Positions 25,301 to 38,055 of a stretch of DNA of 64,000 bases are shown piece after piece. Source of the stretch: Ranitomeya imitator (Eukaryota). Positions within the stretch are counted from its first letter, which is position 1; each line of letters opens with the position of its first letter. The stretch lies in assembly GCF_032444005.1 (NCBI RefSeq), contig NC_091283.1:833776001-833840000 (forward strand), given 5' to 3'. The notes beneath the pieces are model-generated. The model was not told the origin of the DNA, did not search any database, and worked only from the letters and a program-made list of their open reading frames with translations. Both the position numbers and the translations under genes were made by a program.

Positions 25301-28128
25301 GCAGGCCAAATCCACTGCACTTAAGTAAGGAAGGAAGGGTTTGTCTCACAATACTCATACTTGTTCCAGTTCTCTGCTTGCAGTCTGTGAATGAAAGCAT
25401 TTTTCTCTTAACTTTCTGCTCTAGTAACTTAGCTGAGGGCAAATATATCAAGTGTCCTCCTCCTACCCTCACTGATGCATAAACAAGGACTTGCTCAGGA
25501 CAGTTATCTGACTATGAAAGTTCACACTCAATGACTCCAAGCACTGGTGGGGCGCTGTTTCCCCGCACTGGTGGGGCGCTGTTTCCCCGCACTGGTGGGG
25601 CGCTGTTTCCCCGCACTGGTGGGGCGCTGTTTCCCCGCACTGGTGGGGCGCTGTTTCCCCACACTGGTGCCGCGCGGTTTCCGCACAAGCACAGCTCTCT
25701 CCATTTATTTGGATTGTGGGTTTAGAAAATCTCAATGCAGACCTGTGCGGTAATTTCTAGGACGCCTATGGGTGGGCGGCCATCTCTCCACCAGCATCAG
25801 CTTGCAATGCAGTTTTATTCGCATCTATCATATATGGAGCTGAGCGAAAAATATTCCCCAGAGCCTTGTACATTTTAATCTGTCATTTACCAGAGCTGCT
25901 ACCCTGCTCCTAGCTGCTGACATCCCTGATGCCGCCCATGATTAGCAGGTCCCAACATGTCATTACATTGCGGCACTCACACAGCGCCTACTAATCAGGA
26001 GGCTCCGGTGATGCCGCAGGTATTAAACGCTTCACATAGTTCTGGTCTCGTTGGTCACAGACTGCACCAGGGTCCTATAAATCTTTTTCCTGAATTGTTA
26101 TCTTATTCGGCACATTCTGTACATTCACTGTAAGTCTGAGATCCCTCTAAATATATGTAAACCCGTGCCATTGTTTCCTTGTCCTAGGACATCCCGCTTT
26201 GCCTCATTCCCTGACTACTTGGTCATCCAAATTAAGAAATTCACCTTCGGTCTGGACTGGGTTCCAAAGAAATTAGGTAAGGACTCAAGATTTCACCATT
26301 GTGGTTGATAGCAGGGCAGATACATAAGGCCACGTCCAATTCCTCCAGTGGATGCCGGCTGTGTTACACTGCCGACACTTGTCTCTAATAATGAAGACCG
26401 GAGCTGCCGCTGGTTCCTGCAGTTTAACCATGTAGATGTCGCTGTCAATCACAGCAGCGTTTATAGGGTTGCATTAGGCCTGTGTGCCGCTGATTGCCGA
26501 TGGGCTGCCATGGCATCCAGGGGTCCTACTAAAAGCCCCTGCCATCTTTATACTGCCTTATGGCTGGGCTTCATAGCAGGGTGTTAATTTCACAGTATAC
26601 TGCAAGACTAATATGATAGCGAGGTCAGGTCCTCTAGACGAAGGGGATAAAAAAAAATGTAAACATAGTTTGTTTTTGTTTTTATATAAAATAACAATTA
26701 TTTTTTAAAGAAATAAAAAATAAGCTGTAATAATCCGATGCAGGAAAATACAAACGGTAAACTGCGTAAAGAGAAAAAATGGTGTTTTATTGCCATACGT
26801 CCCCTCTAAAAATGCAGTAAAAGAGTGATCGGAAGTCCTGCGGACCCCAAAGTGGTAACCATTAGAAGTGGAGCTCATCAAGCAAAAAAAAAAAAAACAT
26901 TCCCCACGCAGCCTCTATGCAAAAAAAAAAAATATATATATATGGGTCTCGGAAAATGGCAACACAAAATCGTTTTTATTTTATTTTTTACCTCTAAATC
27001 CTAAAAGTTTGGTGTCGCCGTAATCGCACTGACCTGGAGAATCACCATGAACGATGGTGGGATCACAGTTTTTATTTTACCATTTCACTCCATTTTTTTC
27101 CCATTTTTTCAGTGCATCATACGGTAAATTGAGCGGCGCCATTGCTACGACTCATCCCGCAATAAGTCCCCGTACGGCGATAGGGAGGGGAAAATAAAAA
27201 AGTCATGGCTTTTACAGAAAAAAAAAAAAAAAAATGGAAGCGCAAATATTAAAATTAGCTTATTAGAATGGGTTAAAAAAAAGCCCTTTAACCTTTTCAG
27301 TCCTGGTTGTATTTCCTCTGTCTCGCTCCCTGACCTCTCTCCATCTGGTTTATCCGCAGACGTCTCCATCGATGTCCCGGAGGAGCTGGACCTGTCTCAT
27401 TTTCGGGGCGGGGGTCTGCAAGGGGATGAAGAAGAACTTCCGGATGTTGCTCCCCCGTTGGTGACCCCAGATGAGCCCAAAGGTAGCCTTGGTTTCTATG
27501 GCAACGACGATGACGACTCGTACTGCTCCCCTCACTTCTCCTCTCCGACATGTTAGTGTTTCTGTCTCTTGGGGGCCATGTGAATGTCGGGTGAGCGGAT
27601 GTGTGACGTCGGGGCGCCCCCATTATTTCCCCACCCACCCCTATAATCCATAACGTTCTTCACCGAGCAGCGTCCCTAATATATAAAGCCGATTTCCAGA
27701 TAATTCTGCCAGATCTCACGTAACTAAAATTTAAAGGGATGTCACGGAATCAGAAAACATTGGGCTTAAAGGGGAATTCTGGCTCCTAACACTTGAGTCA
27801 GGATGGTAACATCATGTCCGCGGATACCTTCCGGGCTGCGAGCGATGGTGGGAGGTATCGTGCACCTGTCTCTTTATCTGGCGGCCATCTGCTCCTACTT
27901 AGAGAGCGGTGGGACCCTACTGCTATGTAGTCAGTGGTCCTGCCGGGCTCCACAAGAGATTAGTGGACCCCAAGAGCTCTGGGGTCTGTTGTAAAGCGCT
28001 TTAGTTAAAAAAGAAATCCCTCTAAAAGTCACATTCCTTCTGTAAGAGCCAAACACATTGTACCGGAGCTGCAGGCACAAAGGAGCAACTGTGTTTGTGG
28101 CTTGGCTTGTATTAAAAGGGTTGACCAG

Positions 28129-28165
<37 letters not shown>

Positions 28166-31100
28166 TCTTATACAAAGAGCGTCATCCCTGTTTGTGAGCG
28201 GTACTGCAGCTTTGCTCCATTTACTCCATGCCAGACACCAAACTTGTGCAAGAGAACATGCTCTTATCTCGGAGAAGGAGGTCAGCGGCAGCGTTGCCTG
28301 CTGCGGATGTCTTCTCCACTGTCGTCCTATGGGGGGCAGTATTGTACCGCATGACGGCCGTGCATGACATGAGTGACTGTGTCGGGGGAGGAGGGTCGGC
28401 CTCTGGGCTCCCTGCTCCTGGGATTTCTGTCTCTGTGTCCCTGCTCTCCCATTTGGGGCGATCACTGAACCCCATTAATTGTAGGCCGCCACATCCCGGC
28501 TTTTCTCTATTCACTTCCCTACCTCCCCCTGTCCGCACAGCGCCCATGCTGGATGACTCGGTGGTCACGCAGCTGGTGGAGATGGGATTCCCGACTGAAG
28601 CGTGTCGCAAAGCCGTCTACTACACCGGCAACAGCGGCGCAGAAGCCGCCATGACGTGGGTGATGTCACACATGGACGACCCTGGTAATATTAAGTTGGC
28701 TTAAAGGGATATTCCGATCTCATAGAATAAGGACATATTGCTAGGATATCGGTGGGAGTAAAACCTCTGAGCCCCCCACTAATCCTGAGAATAACTGGGG
28801 CTCACTGCTGATTAATCGATGTGGTCCCCGCACGGAGCCCCCCGAACTCCTGCAAAGCGGGAGACACAGGGCGTCCTGCACAATAAGTGCGGTGACCCCC
28901 ATTAACTATTGATGATCGCCCCCATAGTGAAGGCTTATCCTAGCGATATCCCGTCACATTAGATGTAATAACCCTTTAACCCCTTCATGACACGGCGAAT
29001 TTCTGTGTCTTTGTTTCTTCCTCCCCTTCTTCCAAGAGCCATAACGTTTTATGTTTTTGTGTCCACATAGACATACGGGGGCTCGTTTATAGCGGGATGA
29101 GTTGTACCTTTGATTGACACCATTCATTATACACGTAGAGTGCTGGAAAAAAAATTGAAATTGCAAAAAAAAGTGCAATTCCACAATTGTTTTTTGAGTT
29201 TATTATTTACCGTGTTCATTATATGGTAAAGCTGACCTGGCAATATAATTCCCCAGGTCAGCATGAGTACACAGATGCCAAATATGCATAGTTTTTTTTA
29301 AATTTATTTAAGTAGTGATTTTTTTTTAATTAATTTGTGAAAATAAAAATAATAAAAATTTTGCTTTTGTCACCATTTTCCGAGACCCGTAATTCTTTCT
29401 ATTCCCTGGATCTGGGGCTGGGTGAGGGCTTATTTTTTGCGCCCTGAGGTGACATTTTTACTGATACTATTTTGGGGTAGATAGAATTTTTTTTTTATCG
29501 CCTTTTATTGCAATGTTGCTGTGGCAAAAAACCCCGTAATTTTAGCGTTTTTTAATATTTTTTTTTTCTTGTTACGCCGTTTACCAATTGGATTAATTTA
29601 CATTTATATTTTGATGGATCAGGGAATTTTGTAAATTTTTTTTTTTTTTAATGGAAAAGGGGGTGATTTGAAATTTTTGTGGTTTTATTTTTTCATATTT
29701 TTACTAGATTTAATAGTGTCCTTAGGGGACTATAAGCTGCGATCATCCAAACGCCTGTGCGACATGTAACAGCGCTCCAGCACTATGTACAGCAAAAATC
29801 CCGATCTCCTATGAACTCTGGCCACGGGCTGACATTTACAGGAGTATCCTACTAACGGGCACGGGGGTCTTATAAATAACAACATAACTGCACGATGAAA
29901 AGTCCTGCAGGTTCTATTATACTTTGCTTTTCATCTACTCACCATTATCAAGATCTCTGCTTGCTGTCAATGATTGATAATTGTTGCCTTACTTTTCAGA
30001 GCTGAGGGTTTGGTACCATTACCAGGAAAAAAGAGGTTAACGCTTGTAATAACCTGACCATGTCCCTTCTCTCCGCAGACTTTGCTCATCCTTTAGTGTT
30101 ATCCGGGGTCAGCGCTCCACCTTCAGTCCCCACAGGAGGAGACCCCCCGTCCGAGGAGCACATAGCCACCATTATATCCATGGGCTTCTCCCAGGAGCAA
30201 GCAGTTCGGGCGCTCCGCTCTACAGTAAGTGCTCCGCCGGCGCTCAGTCTCTGTCCTAAGACACCGGACCCCTGTCTGTGCCCCTTACATATGGCCAAGA
30301 TTCCTACAGGATGATGGGGTGGTATCGCATCATGTAGGGGCTGGACCCCGATAACTTGCTGATTTCCAACCCCTATAGAACAACAGTCTGGAGCGAGCTG
30401 TGGACTGGATCTTCTCGCACATCGATGACCTGGACGCCGAGGCGGCCATGGACCTGTCAGAAGGACGTTCGGCTGCAGAGTCCGTGTCTGAGAGCCTCCC
30501 CGCTGCCGGACCTCGTGTCAAAGATGGGAATGGCCGTAAGTGCTAAATACAGAGAGAGGGTAGGGTGGAAAACCAGAATTAGGGGTGAGAGCCCCCCGTA
30601 CAGGAAACCACCCATCCTTCTTCAAAGAGCGAGATCACATGCTCGGGTACGGTCACATAGTGCCATTCAGTCATAGCTGCTCCTACTGAATGGAGGGTCC
30701 GACCTGATGGCACGTACCCCTCAATGATGACTTTCCAAACTGGACATATTATATTGGTAGATAATCGTACTTGGTGTTAGTTCAGGCTCAGCCAATAAAT
30801 TCTACATTGTATAATGAAAAGTTTACATTTCTCCAATGATTTTTCCAATGATACATTCACTGTGCATGGGACTGCTGGAGATAGCAGCGCTGCAGTCCCA
30901 TGGTCAATGAATGGAGCTGTGCCATTTCAGAGACCCGCCCAGAGATCAGCAGGATTGCCCACCGACTCTCCACAGAAGGCAGGTCTCGGGGAAGATCCCA
31001 TTTATTCCCATTGAGTACGCATGCATGTGTGTGAGGAGCCAGGAGGAATGGCCGTCTGATGTGTAGAGCCGGCCTTAGTCGCTGAATCTCTGATCTAATT

Positions 31101-34100
31101 TCCTATGCTCAGGCTTCCTCTGCCGATCTCGGTGTTGGCGGCACATATTCACACATCGGGGTTCTGATTGTATGTTCTGTATCTTTTTTTTTTTTTTTTT
31201 ACTCGCAGGATACGAGCTGTTCGCATTCGTCAGTCACATGGGAACGTCCACCATGTGCGGTCACTACGTATGTCATATAAAGAAAGATGGACGGTGAGAT
31301 CTTCGTGTGCTCGTCACTTAGATGCGACTGACGTCACCTCATCCTCGTTGTCACCTCATCCTTGTCTTTGTATCTAGAGCCCAATCTTCTTTCTATACTT
31401 TACTATCCAGAATGAACGTTATCTGTTCAGGGGTGTAACCCCTGCATGCCATAAGCAGATAGCCTCATGCATTGTGCTCGCCTTCGTCCCCAGTGCGTTG
31501 TGCTCGCCTTCGTCCCCAGTGCGTTGTGCTCGCCTTCGTCCCCAGTGCGTTGTGCTCGCCATCGTCCCCGGTGCGTTGTGCTCGCCTTCGTCCCCGGTGC
31601 GTTGTGCTCGCCTTCGTCCCCGGTGCGTTGTGCTCGCCTTCGTCCCCGGTGCGTTGTGCTCGCCTTCGTCCCCGGTGCGTTGTGCTCGCCTTCGTCCCCG
31701 GTGCGTTGTGCTCGCCTTCGTCCCCGGTGCGTTGTGCTCGCCTTCGTCCCCGGTGCGTTGTGCTCGCCTTCGTCCCCGGTGCGTTGTGCTCGCCTTCGTC
31801 CCCGGTGCGTTGTGCTCGCCTTCGTCCCCGGTGCGTTGTGCTCGCCTTCGTCCCCGGTGCGTTGTGCTCGCCTTCGTCCCCGGTGCGTTGTGCTCGCCTT
31901 CGTCCCCGGTGCGTTGTGCTCGCCTTCGTCCCCGGTGCGTTGTGCTCGCCTTCGTCCCCGGTGCGTTGTGCTCGCCTTCGTCCCCGGTGCGTTGTGCTCG
32001 CCTTCGTCCCCGGTGCGTTGTGCTCGCCTTCGTCCCCGGTGCGTTGTGCTCGCCTTCGTCCCCGGTGCGTTGTGCTCGCCTTCGTCCCCGGTGCGTTGTG
32101 CTCGCCTTCGTCCCCGGTGCGTTGTGCTCGCCTTCGTCCCCGGTGCGTTGTGCTCGCCTTCGTCCCCGGTGCGTTGTGCTCGCCTTCGTCCCCGGTGCGT
32201 TGTGCTCGCCTTCGTCCCCGGTGCGTTGTGCTCGCCTTCGTCCCCGGTGCGTTGTGCTCGCCTTCGTCCCCGGTGCGTTGTGCTCGCCTTCGTCCCCGGT
32301 GCGTTGTGCTCGCCTTCGTCCCCGGTGCGTTGTGCTCGCCTTCGTCCCCGGTGCGTTGTGCTCGCCTTCGTCCCCGGTGCGTTGTGCTCGCCTTCGTCCC
32401 CGGTGCGTTGTGCTCGCCTTCGTCCCCGGTGCGTTGTGCTCGCCTTCGTCCCCGGTGCGTTGTGCTCGCCTTCGTCCCCGGTGCGTTGTGCTCGCCTTCG
32501 TCCCCGGTGCGTTGTGCTCGCCTTCGTCCCCGGTGCGTTGTGCTCGCCTTCGTCCCCGGTGCGTTGTGCTCGCCTTCGTCCCCGGTGCGTTGTGCTCGCC
32601 TTCGTCCCCGGTGCGTTGTGCTCGCCTTCGTCCCCGGTGCGTTGTGCTCGCCTTCGTCCCCGGTGCGTTGTGCTCGCCTTCGTCCCCGGTGCGTTGTGCT
32701 CGCCTTCGTCCCCGGTGCGTTGTGCTCGCCTTCGTCCCCGGTGCGTTGTGCTCGCCTTCGTCCCCGGTGCGTTGTGCTCGCCTTCGTCCCCGGTGCGTTG
32801 TGCTCGCCTTCGTCCCCGGTGCGTTGTGCTCGCCTTCGTCCCCGGTGCGTTGTGCTCGCCTTCGTCCCCGGTGCGTTGTGCTCGCCTTCGTCCCCGGTGC
32901 GTTGTGCTCGCCTTCGTCCCCGGTGCGTTGTGCTCGCCTTCGTCCCCGGTGCGTTGTGCTCGCCTTCGTCCCCGGTGCGTTGTGCTCGCCTTCGTCCCCG
33001 GTGCGTTGTGCTCGCCTTCGTCCCCGGTGCGTTGTGCTCGCCTTCGTCCCCGGTGCGTTGTGCTCGCCTTCGTCCCCGGTGCGTTGTGCTCGCCTTCGTC
33101 CCCGGTGCGTTGTGCTCGCCTTCGTCCCCGGTGCGTTGTGCTCGCCTTCGTCCCCGGTGCGTTGTGCTCGCCTTCGTCCCCGGTGCGTTGTGCTCGCCTT
33201 CGTCCCCGGTGCGTTGTGCTCGCCTTCGTCCCCGGTGCGTTGTGCTCGCCTTCGTCCCCGGTGCGTTGTGCTCGCCTTCGTCCCCGGTGCGTTGTGCTCG
33301 CCTTCGTCCCCGGTGCGTTGTGCTCGCCTTCGTCCCCGGTGCGTTGTGCTCGCCTTCGTCCCCGGTGCGTTGTGCTCGCCTTCGTCCCCGGTGCGTTGTG
33401 CTCGCCTTCGTCCCCGGTGCGTTGTGCTCGCCTTCGTCCCCGGTGCGTTGTGCTCGCCTTCGTCCCCGGTGCGTTGTGCTCGCCTTCGTCCCCGGTGCGT
33501 TGTGCTCGCCTTCGTCCCCGGTGCGTTGTGCTCGCCTTCGTCCCCGGTGCGTTGTGCTCGCCTTCGTCCCCGGTGCGTTGTGCTCGCCTTCGTCCCCGGT
33601 GCGTTGTGCTCGCCTTCGTCCCCGGTGCGTTGTGCTCGCCTTCGTCCCCGGTGCGTTGTGCTCGCCTTCGTCCCCGGTGCGTTGTGCTCGCCTTCGTCCC
33701 CGGTGCGTTGTGCTCGCCTTCGTCCCCGGTGCGTTGTGCTCGCCTTCGTCCCCGGTGCGTTGTGCTCGCCTTCGTCCCCGGTGCGTTGTGCTCGCCTTCG
33801 TCCCCGGTGCGTTGTGCTCGCCTTCGTCCCCGGTGCGTTGTGCTCGCCTTCGTCCCCGGTGCGTTGTGCTCGCCTTCGTCCCCGGTGCGTTGTGCTCGCC
33901 TTCGTCCCCGGTGCGTTGTGCTCGCCTTCGTCCCCGGTGCGTTGTGCTCGCCTTCGTCCCCGGTGCGTTGTGCTCGCCTTCGTCCCCGGTGCGTTGTGCT
34001 CGCCTTCGTCCCCGGTGCGTTGTGCTCGCCTTCGTCCCCGGTGCGTTGTGCTCGCCTTCGTCCCCGGTGCGTTGTGCTCGCCTTCGTCCCCGGTGCGTTG

Positions 34101-37100
34101 TGCTCGCCTTCGTCCCCGGTGCGTTGTGCTCGCCTTCGTCCCCGGTGCGTTGTGCTCGCCTTCGTCCCCGGTGCGTTGTGCTCGCCTTCGTCCCCGGTGC
34201 GTTGTGCTCGCCTTCGTCCCCGGTGCGTTGTGCTCGCCTTCGTCCCCGGTGCGTTGTGCTCGCCTTCGTCCCCGGTGCGTTGTGCTCGCCTTCGTCCCCG
34301 GTGCGTTGTGCTCGCCTTCGTCCCCGGTGCGTTGTGCTCGCCTTCGTCCCCGGTGCGTTGTGCTCGCCTTCGTCCCCGGTGCGTTGTGCTCGCCTTCGTC
34401 CCCGGTGCGTTGTGCTCGCCTTCGTCCCCGGTGCGTTGTGCTCGCCTTCGTCCCCGGTGCGTTGTGCTCGCCTTCGTCCCCGGTGCGTTGTGCTCGCCTT
34501 CGTCCCCGGTGCGTTGTGCTCGCCTTCGTCCCCGGTGCGTTGTGCTCGCCTTCGTCCCCGGTGCGTTGTGCTCGCCTTCGTCCCCGGTGCGTTGTGCTCG
34601 CCTTCGTCCCCGGTGCGTTGTGCTCGCCTTCGTCCCCGGTGCGTTGTGCTCGCCTTCGTCCCCGGTGCGTTGTGCTCGCCTTCGTCCCCGGTGCGTTGTG
34701 CTCGCCTTCGTCCCCGGTGCGTTGTGCTCGCCTTCGTCCCCGGTGCGTTGTGCTCGCCTTCGTCCCCGGTGCGTTGTGCTCGCCTTCGTCCCCGGTGCGT
34801 TGTGCTCGCCTTCGTCCCCGGTGCGTTGTGCTCGCCTTCGTCCCCGGTGCGTTGTGCTCGCCTTCGTCCCCGGTGCGTTGTGCTCGCCTTCGTCCCCGGT
34901 GCGTTGTGCTCGCCTTCGTCCCCGGTGCGTTGTGCTCGCCTTCGTCCCCGGTGCGTTGTGCTCGCCTTCGTCCCCGGTGCGTTGTGCTCGCCTTCGTCCC
35001 CGGTGCGTTGTGCTCGCCTTCGTCCCCGGTGCGTTGTGCTCGCCTTCGTCCCCGGTGCGTTGTGCTCGCCTTCGTCCCCGGTGCGTTGTGCTCGCCTTCG
35101 TCCCCGGTGCGTTGTGCTCGCCTTCGTCCCCGGTGCGTTGTGCTCGCCTTCGTCCCCGGTGCGTTGTGCTCGCCTTCGTCCCCGGTGCGTTGTGCTCGCC
35201 TTCGTCCCCGGTGCGTTGTGCTCGCCTTCGTCCCCGGTGCGTTGTGCTCGCCTTCGTCCCCGGTGCGTTGTGCTCGCCTTCGTCCCCGGTGCGTTGTGCT
35301 CGCCTTCGTCCCCGGTGCGTTGTGCTCGCCTTCGTCCCCGGTGCGTTGTGCTCGCCTTCGTCCCCGGTGCGTTGTGCTCGCCTTCGTCCCCGGTGCGTTG
35401 TGCTCGCCTTCGTCCCCGGTGCGTTGTGCTCGCCTTCGTCCCCGGTGCGTTGTGCTCGCCTTCGTCCCCGGTGCGTTGTGCTCGCCTTCGTCCCCGGTGC
35501 GTTGTGCTCGCCTTCGTCCCCGGTGCGTTGTGCTCGCCTTCGTCCCCGGTGCGTTGTGCTCGCCTTCGTCCCCGGTGCGTTGTGCTCGCCTTCGTCCCCG
35601 GTGCGTTGTGCTCGCCTTCGTCCCCGGTGCGTTGTGCTCGCCTTCGTCCCCGGTGCGTTGTGCTCGCCTTCGTCCCCGGTGCGTTGTGCTCGCCTTCGTC
35701 CCCGGTGCGTTGTGCTCGCCTTCGTCCCCGGTGCGTTGTGCTCGCCTTCGTCCCCGGTGCGTTGTGCTCGCCTTCGTCCCCGGTGCGTTGTGCTCGCCTT
35801 CGTCCCCGGTGCGTTGTGCTCGCCTTCGTCCCCGGTGCGTTGTGCTCGCCTTCGTCCCCGGTGCGTTGTGCTCGCCTTCGTCCCCGGTGCGTTGTGCTCG
35901 CCTTCGTCCCCGGTGCGTTGTGCTCGCCTTCGTCCCCGGTGCGTTGTGCTCGCCTTCGTCCCCGGTGCGTTGTGCTCGCCTTCGTCCCCGGTGCGTTGTG
36001 CTCGCCTTCGTCCCCGGTGCGTTGTGCTCGCCTTCGTCCCCGGTGCGTTGTGCTCGCCTTCGTCCCCGGTGCGTTGTGCTCGCCTTCGTCCCCGGTGCGT
36101 TGTGCTCGCCTTCGTCCCCGGTGCGTTGTGCTCGCCTTCGTCCCCGGTGCGTTGTGCTCGCCTTCGTCCCCGGTGCGTTGTGCTCGCCTTCGTCCCCGGT
36201 GCGTTGTGCTCGCCTTCGTCCCCGGTGCGTTGTGCTCGCCTTCGTCCCCGGTGCGTTGTGCTCGCCTTCGTCCCCGGTGCGTTGTGCTCGCCTTCGTCCC
36301 CGGTGCGTTGTGCTCGCCTTCGTCCCCGGTGCGTTGTGCTCGCCTTCGTCCCCGGTGCGTTGTGCTCGCCTTCGTCCCCGGTGCGTTGTGCTCGCCTCCG
36401 TCCCCGGTGCGTTGTGCTCGCCTCCGTCCCCGGTGCGTTGTGCTCGCCTCCGTCCCCGGTGCGTTGTGCTCGCCTCCGTCCCCGGTGCGTTGTGCTCGCC
36501 TCCGTCCCCGGTGCGTTGTGCTCGCCTCCGTCCCCGGTGCGTTGTGCTCGCCTCCGTCCCCGGTGCGTTGTGCTCGCCTCCGTCCCCGGTGCGTTGTGCT
36601 CGCCTTCGTCCCCGGTGCGTTGTGCTCGCCTTCGTCCCCGGTGCGTTGTGCTCGCCTTCGTCCCCGGTGCGTTGTGCTCGCCTTCGTCCCCGGTGCGTTG
36701 TGCTCGCCTTCGTCCCCGGTGCGTTGTGCTCGCCTTCGTCCCCGGTGCGTTGTGCTCGCCTTCGTCCCCGGTGCGTTGTGCTCGCCTTCGTCCCCGGTGC
36801 GTTGTGCTCGCCTTCGTCCCCGGTGCGTTGTGCTCGCCTTCGTCCCCAGTGCGTTGTGCTCGCCTTCGTCCCCAGTGCGTTGTGCTCGCCTTCAGAAGCA
36901 TGGGCCTACATTTTACAGCTTTATTATCCTTTTTTTTAATTGCCGGAGGGGTGTTATTATAGATTGAGATTGCTTAAGGCCCATGTGGGATCTCTATACC
37001 CATATAACCTCTCTCCTCTTCCTCGTCTGACTGACGCTTCTATTTTCTGTTGCTTCATGATGATGGCTTCCTTTCCTGCATACTGCCCTTACTTTTTGCC

Positions 37101-37688
37101 TCCATCCTCTCTGCTGCTAACAACTGCATTCGCCGGCCCCTTCGGTCCTGACCTCCCTCCCCGCCTCGGTCCTGGCCTCCCTCCCCGCCTCGGTCCTGGC
37201 CTCCCTCCCCGCCTCGGTCCTGGCCTCCCTCCCCTCCTCGGTCCTGGCCTCCCTCCCCGCCTCGGTCCTGGCCTCCCTCCCCGCCTCGGTCCTGGCCTCC
37301 CTCCCCGCCTCGGTCCTGGCCTCCCTCCCCGCCTCGGTCCTGGCCTCCCTCCCCGCCTCGGTCCTGGCCTCCCTCCCCGCCTCGGTCCTGGCCTCCCTCC
37401 CCGCCTCGGTCCTGGCCTCCCTCCCCGCCTCGGTCCTGGCCTCCCTCCCCGCCTCGGTCCTGGCCTCCCTCCCCGCCTCGGTCCTGGCCTCCCTCCCCGC
37501 CTCGGTCCTGGCCTCCCTCCCCGCCTCGGTCCTGGCCTCCTCCCTCCTGTTCCCTTTTGTTTCTGACTATTGTTCTTGTTTTTCTCTTCTGCAGGTGGGT
37601 GATCTACAATGACCAGAAGGTCTGCGCATCTGAGAAGCCTCCAAAAGATCTTGGTTATATTTACTTCTACCAGCGTGTGCAGAGCTAA
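16360..37688 (+). CDS. USP5: Ubiquitin carboxyl-terminal hydrolase 5 (isopeptidase T), 854 aa (831 aa short form); exons 16360-16467, 19764-19889, 20534-20600, 21587-21720, 21864-22009, 22721-22905, 23446-23540, 23621-23814, 24119-24190, 24297-24372, 24711-24836, 24913-25066, 25150-25324, 26188-26276, 27360-27551 (alt end 27482), 28541-28684, 30079-30224, 30379-30535, 31209-31293, 37595-37688
   Basis: 20 GT-AG exons join in frame (2565 nt); ZnF-UBP ([23 protein letters not shown]), Cys box [20 protein letters not shown], two UBA MGF motifs, His box GHY, YNDQKV. Confidence 0.97.
16709..19043. repeat. About 101-bp minisatellite, about 23 copies, USP5 intron 1
   Basis: Unit atccggaccccctgtccatgtgatcacgggggtccgaaagtcccgtatgggtctgtaagagcaatggtcgcacatgtgcagcacgcccgctccattcaca. 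Confidence 0.95.
20011..20239. repeat. 24-bp minisatellite (ctcgcaccttgcccagagtgaccg), about 9.5 copies, USP5 intron 2
   Basis: Near-perfect tandem copies. Confidence 0.95.
25541..25669. repeat. 24-bp minisatellite (gcactggtggggcgctgtttcccc), about 5 copies, USP5 intron 13
   Basis: Tandem copies. Confidence 0.9.
28975..29880. mobile_element. AT-rich non-autonomous DNA transposon fragment (TTAA/CCC end, piggyBac-like)
   Basis: Starts ttaaccccttcatgac; related sequence appears in reverse orientation at about 26590-27290. Confidence 0.45.
31468..36893. repeat. 26-bp GC-rich satellite (gtgcgttgtgctcgccttcgtccccg), about 208 copies, USP5 last intron
   Basis: Nearly invariant tandem array; the consensus unit has no A. 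Confidence 0.99.
37139..37541. repeat. 24-bp minisatellite (cctcggtcctggcctccctccccg), about 17 copies
   Basis: Tandem copies ending about 50 nt before the USP5 exon 20 acceptor. Confidence 0.95.
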
Positions 37689-38049
37689 TCTTCCCCCTCC
37701 TCTGTATGTGTTCTGTGTCCTTCCTTGGTGAGGATTATAAAATAGAGAGTTTTTTGGTTCACATCTTCAAGGCTTTGGGTCGGCTTTATTCCTGGGTTAT
37801 TGCTACAAGGCGTTCCTGTCCTTGGATCCTCCCAACCCTCCGGTTCCATCACTGCACTTCCCCAATATGTTCAGCAGAGATTGGATCTCGCGCAGGAGAC
37901 GGCCGGGCGATGTCCGCTTCTGCACTGGGGACTGGACTGGGGAAGGCTGCAGGGGCGGAGATCTGATGCAGGGACCTGTGTGCTCTGTCTCGGAGTACTG
38001 GGGTTCCTCTCGCAGTAGTAGGCTGGTTTATGTTTCCCAAAACCGTGTG

Positions 38050-38055
38050 AATAAA
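38050..38055 (+). terminator. USP5 polyadenylation signal
   Basis: AATAAA about 360 nt after the stop, followed by a GT/T-rich tract. Confidence 0.65.

Noticed and set aside
31427-36967. Four ORFs of about 1820 aa with 26-aa periodicity
   Set aside because: Artefact of the 26-bp satellite: the sense unit has no A and the antisense unit no T, so stop codons are essentially impossible in any frame; the region is USP5 intron 19.
36940-37566. 208-aa Pro/Gly-rich ORF (LGPGLPPR)n
   Set aside because: Translation of the A-free 24-bp intronic minisatellite; no coding context.
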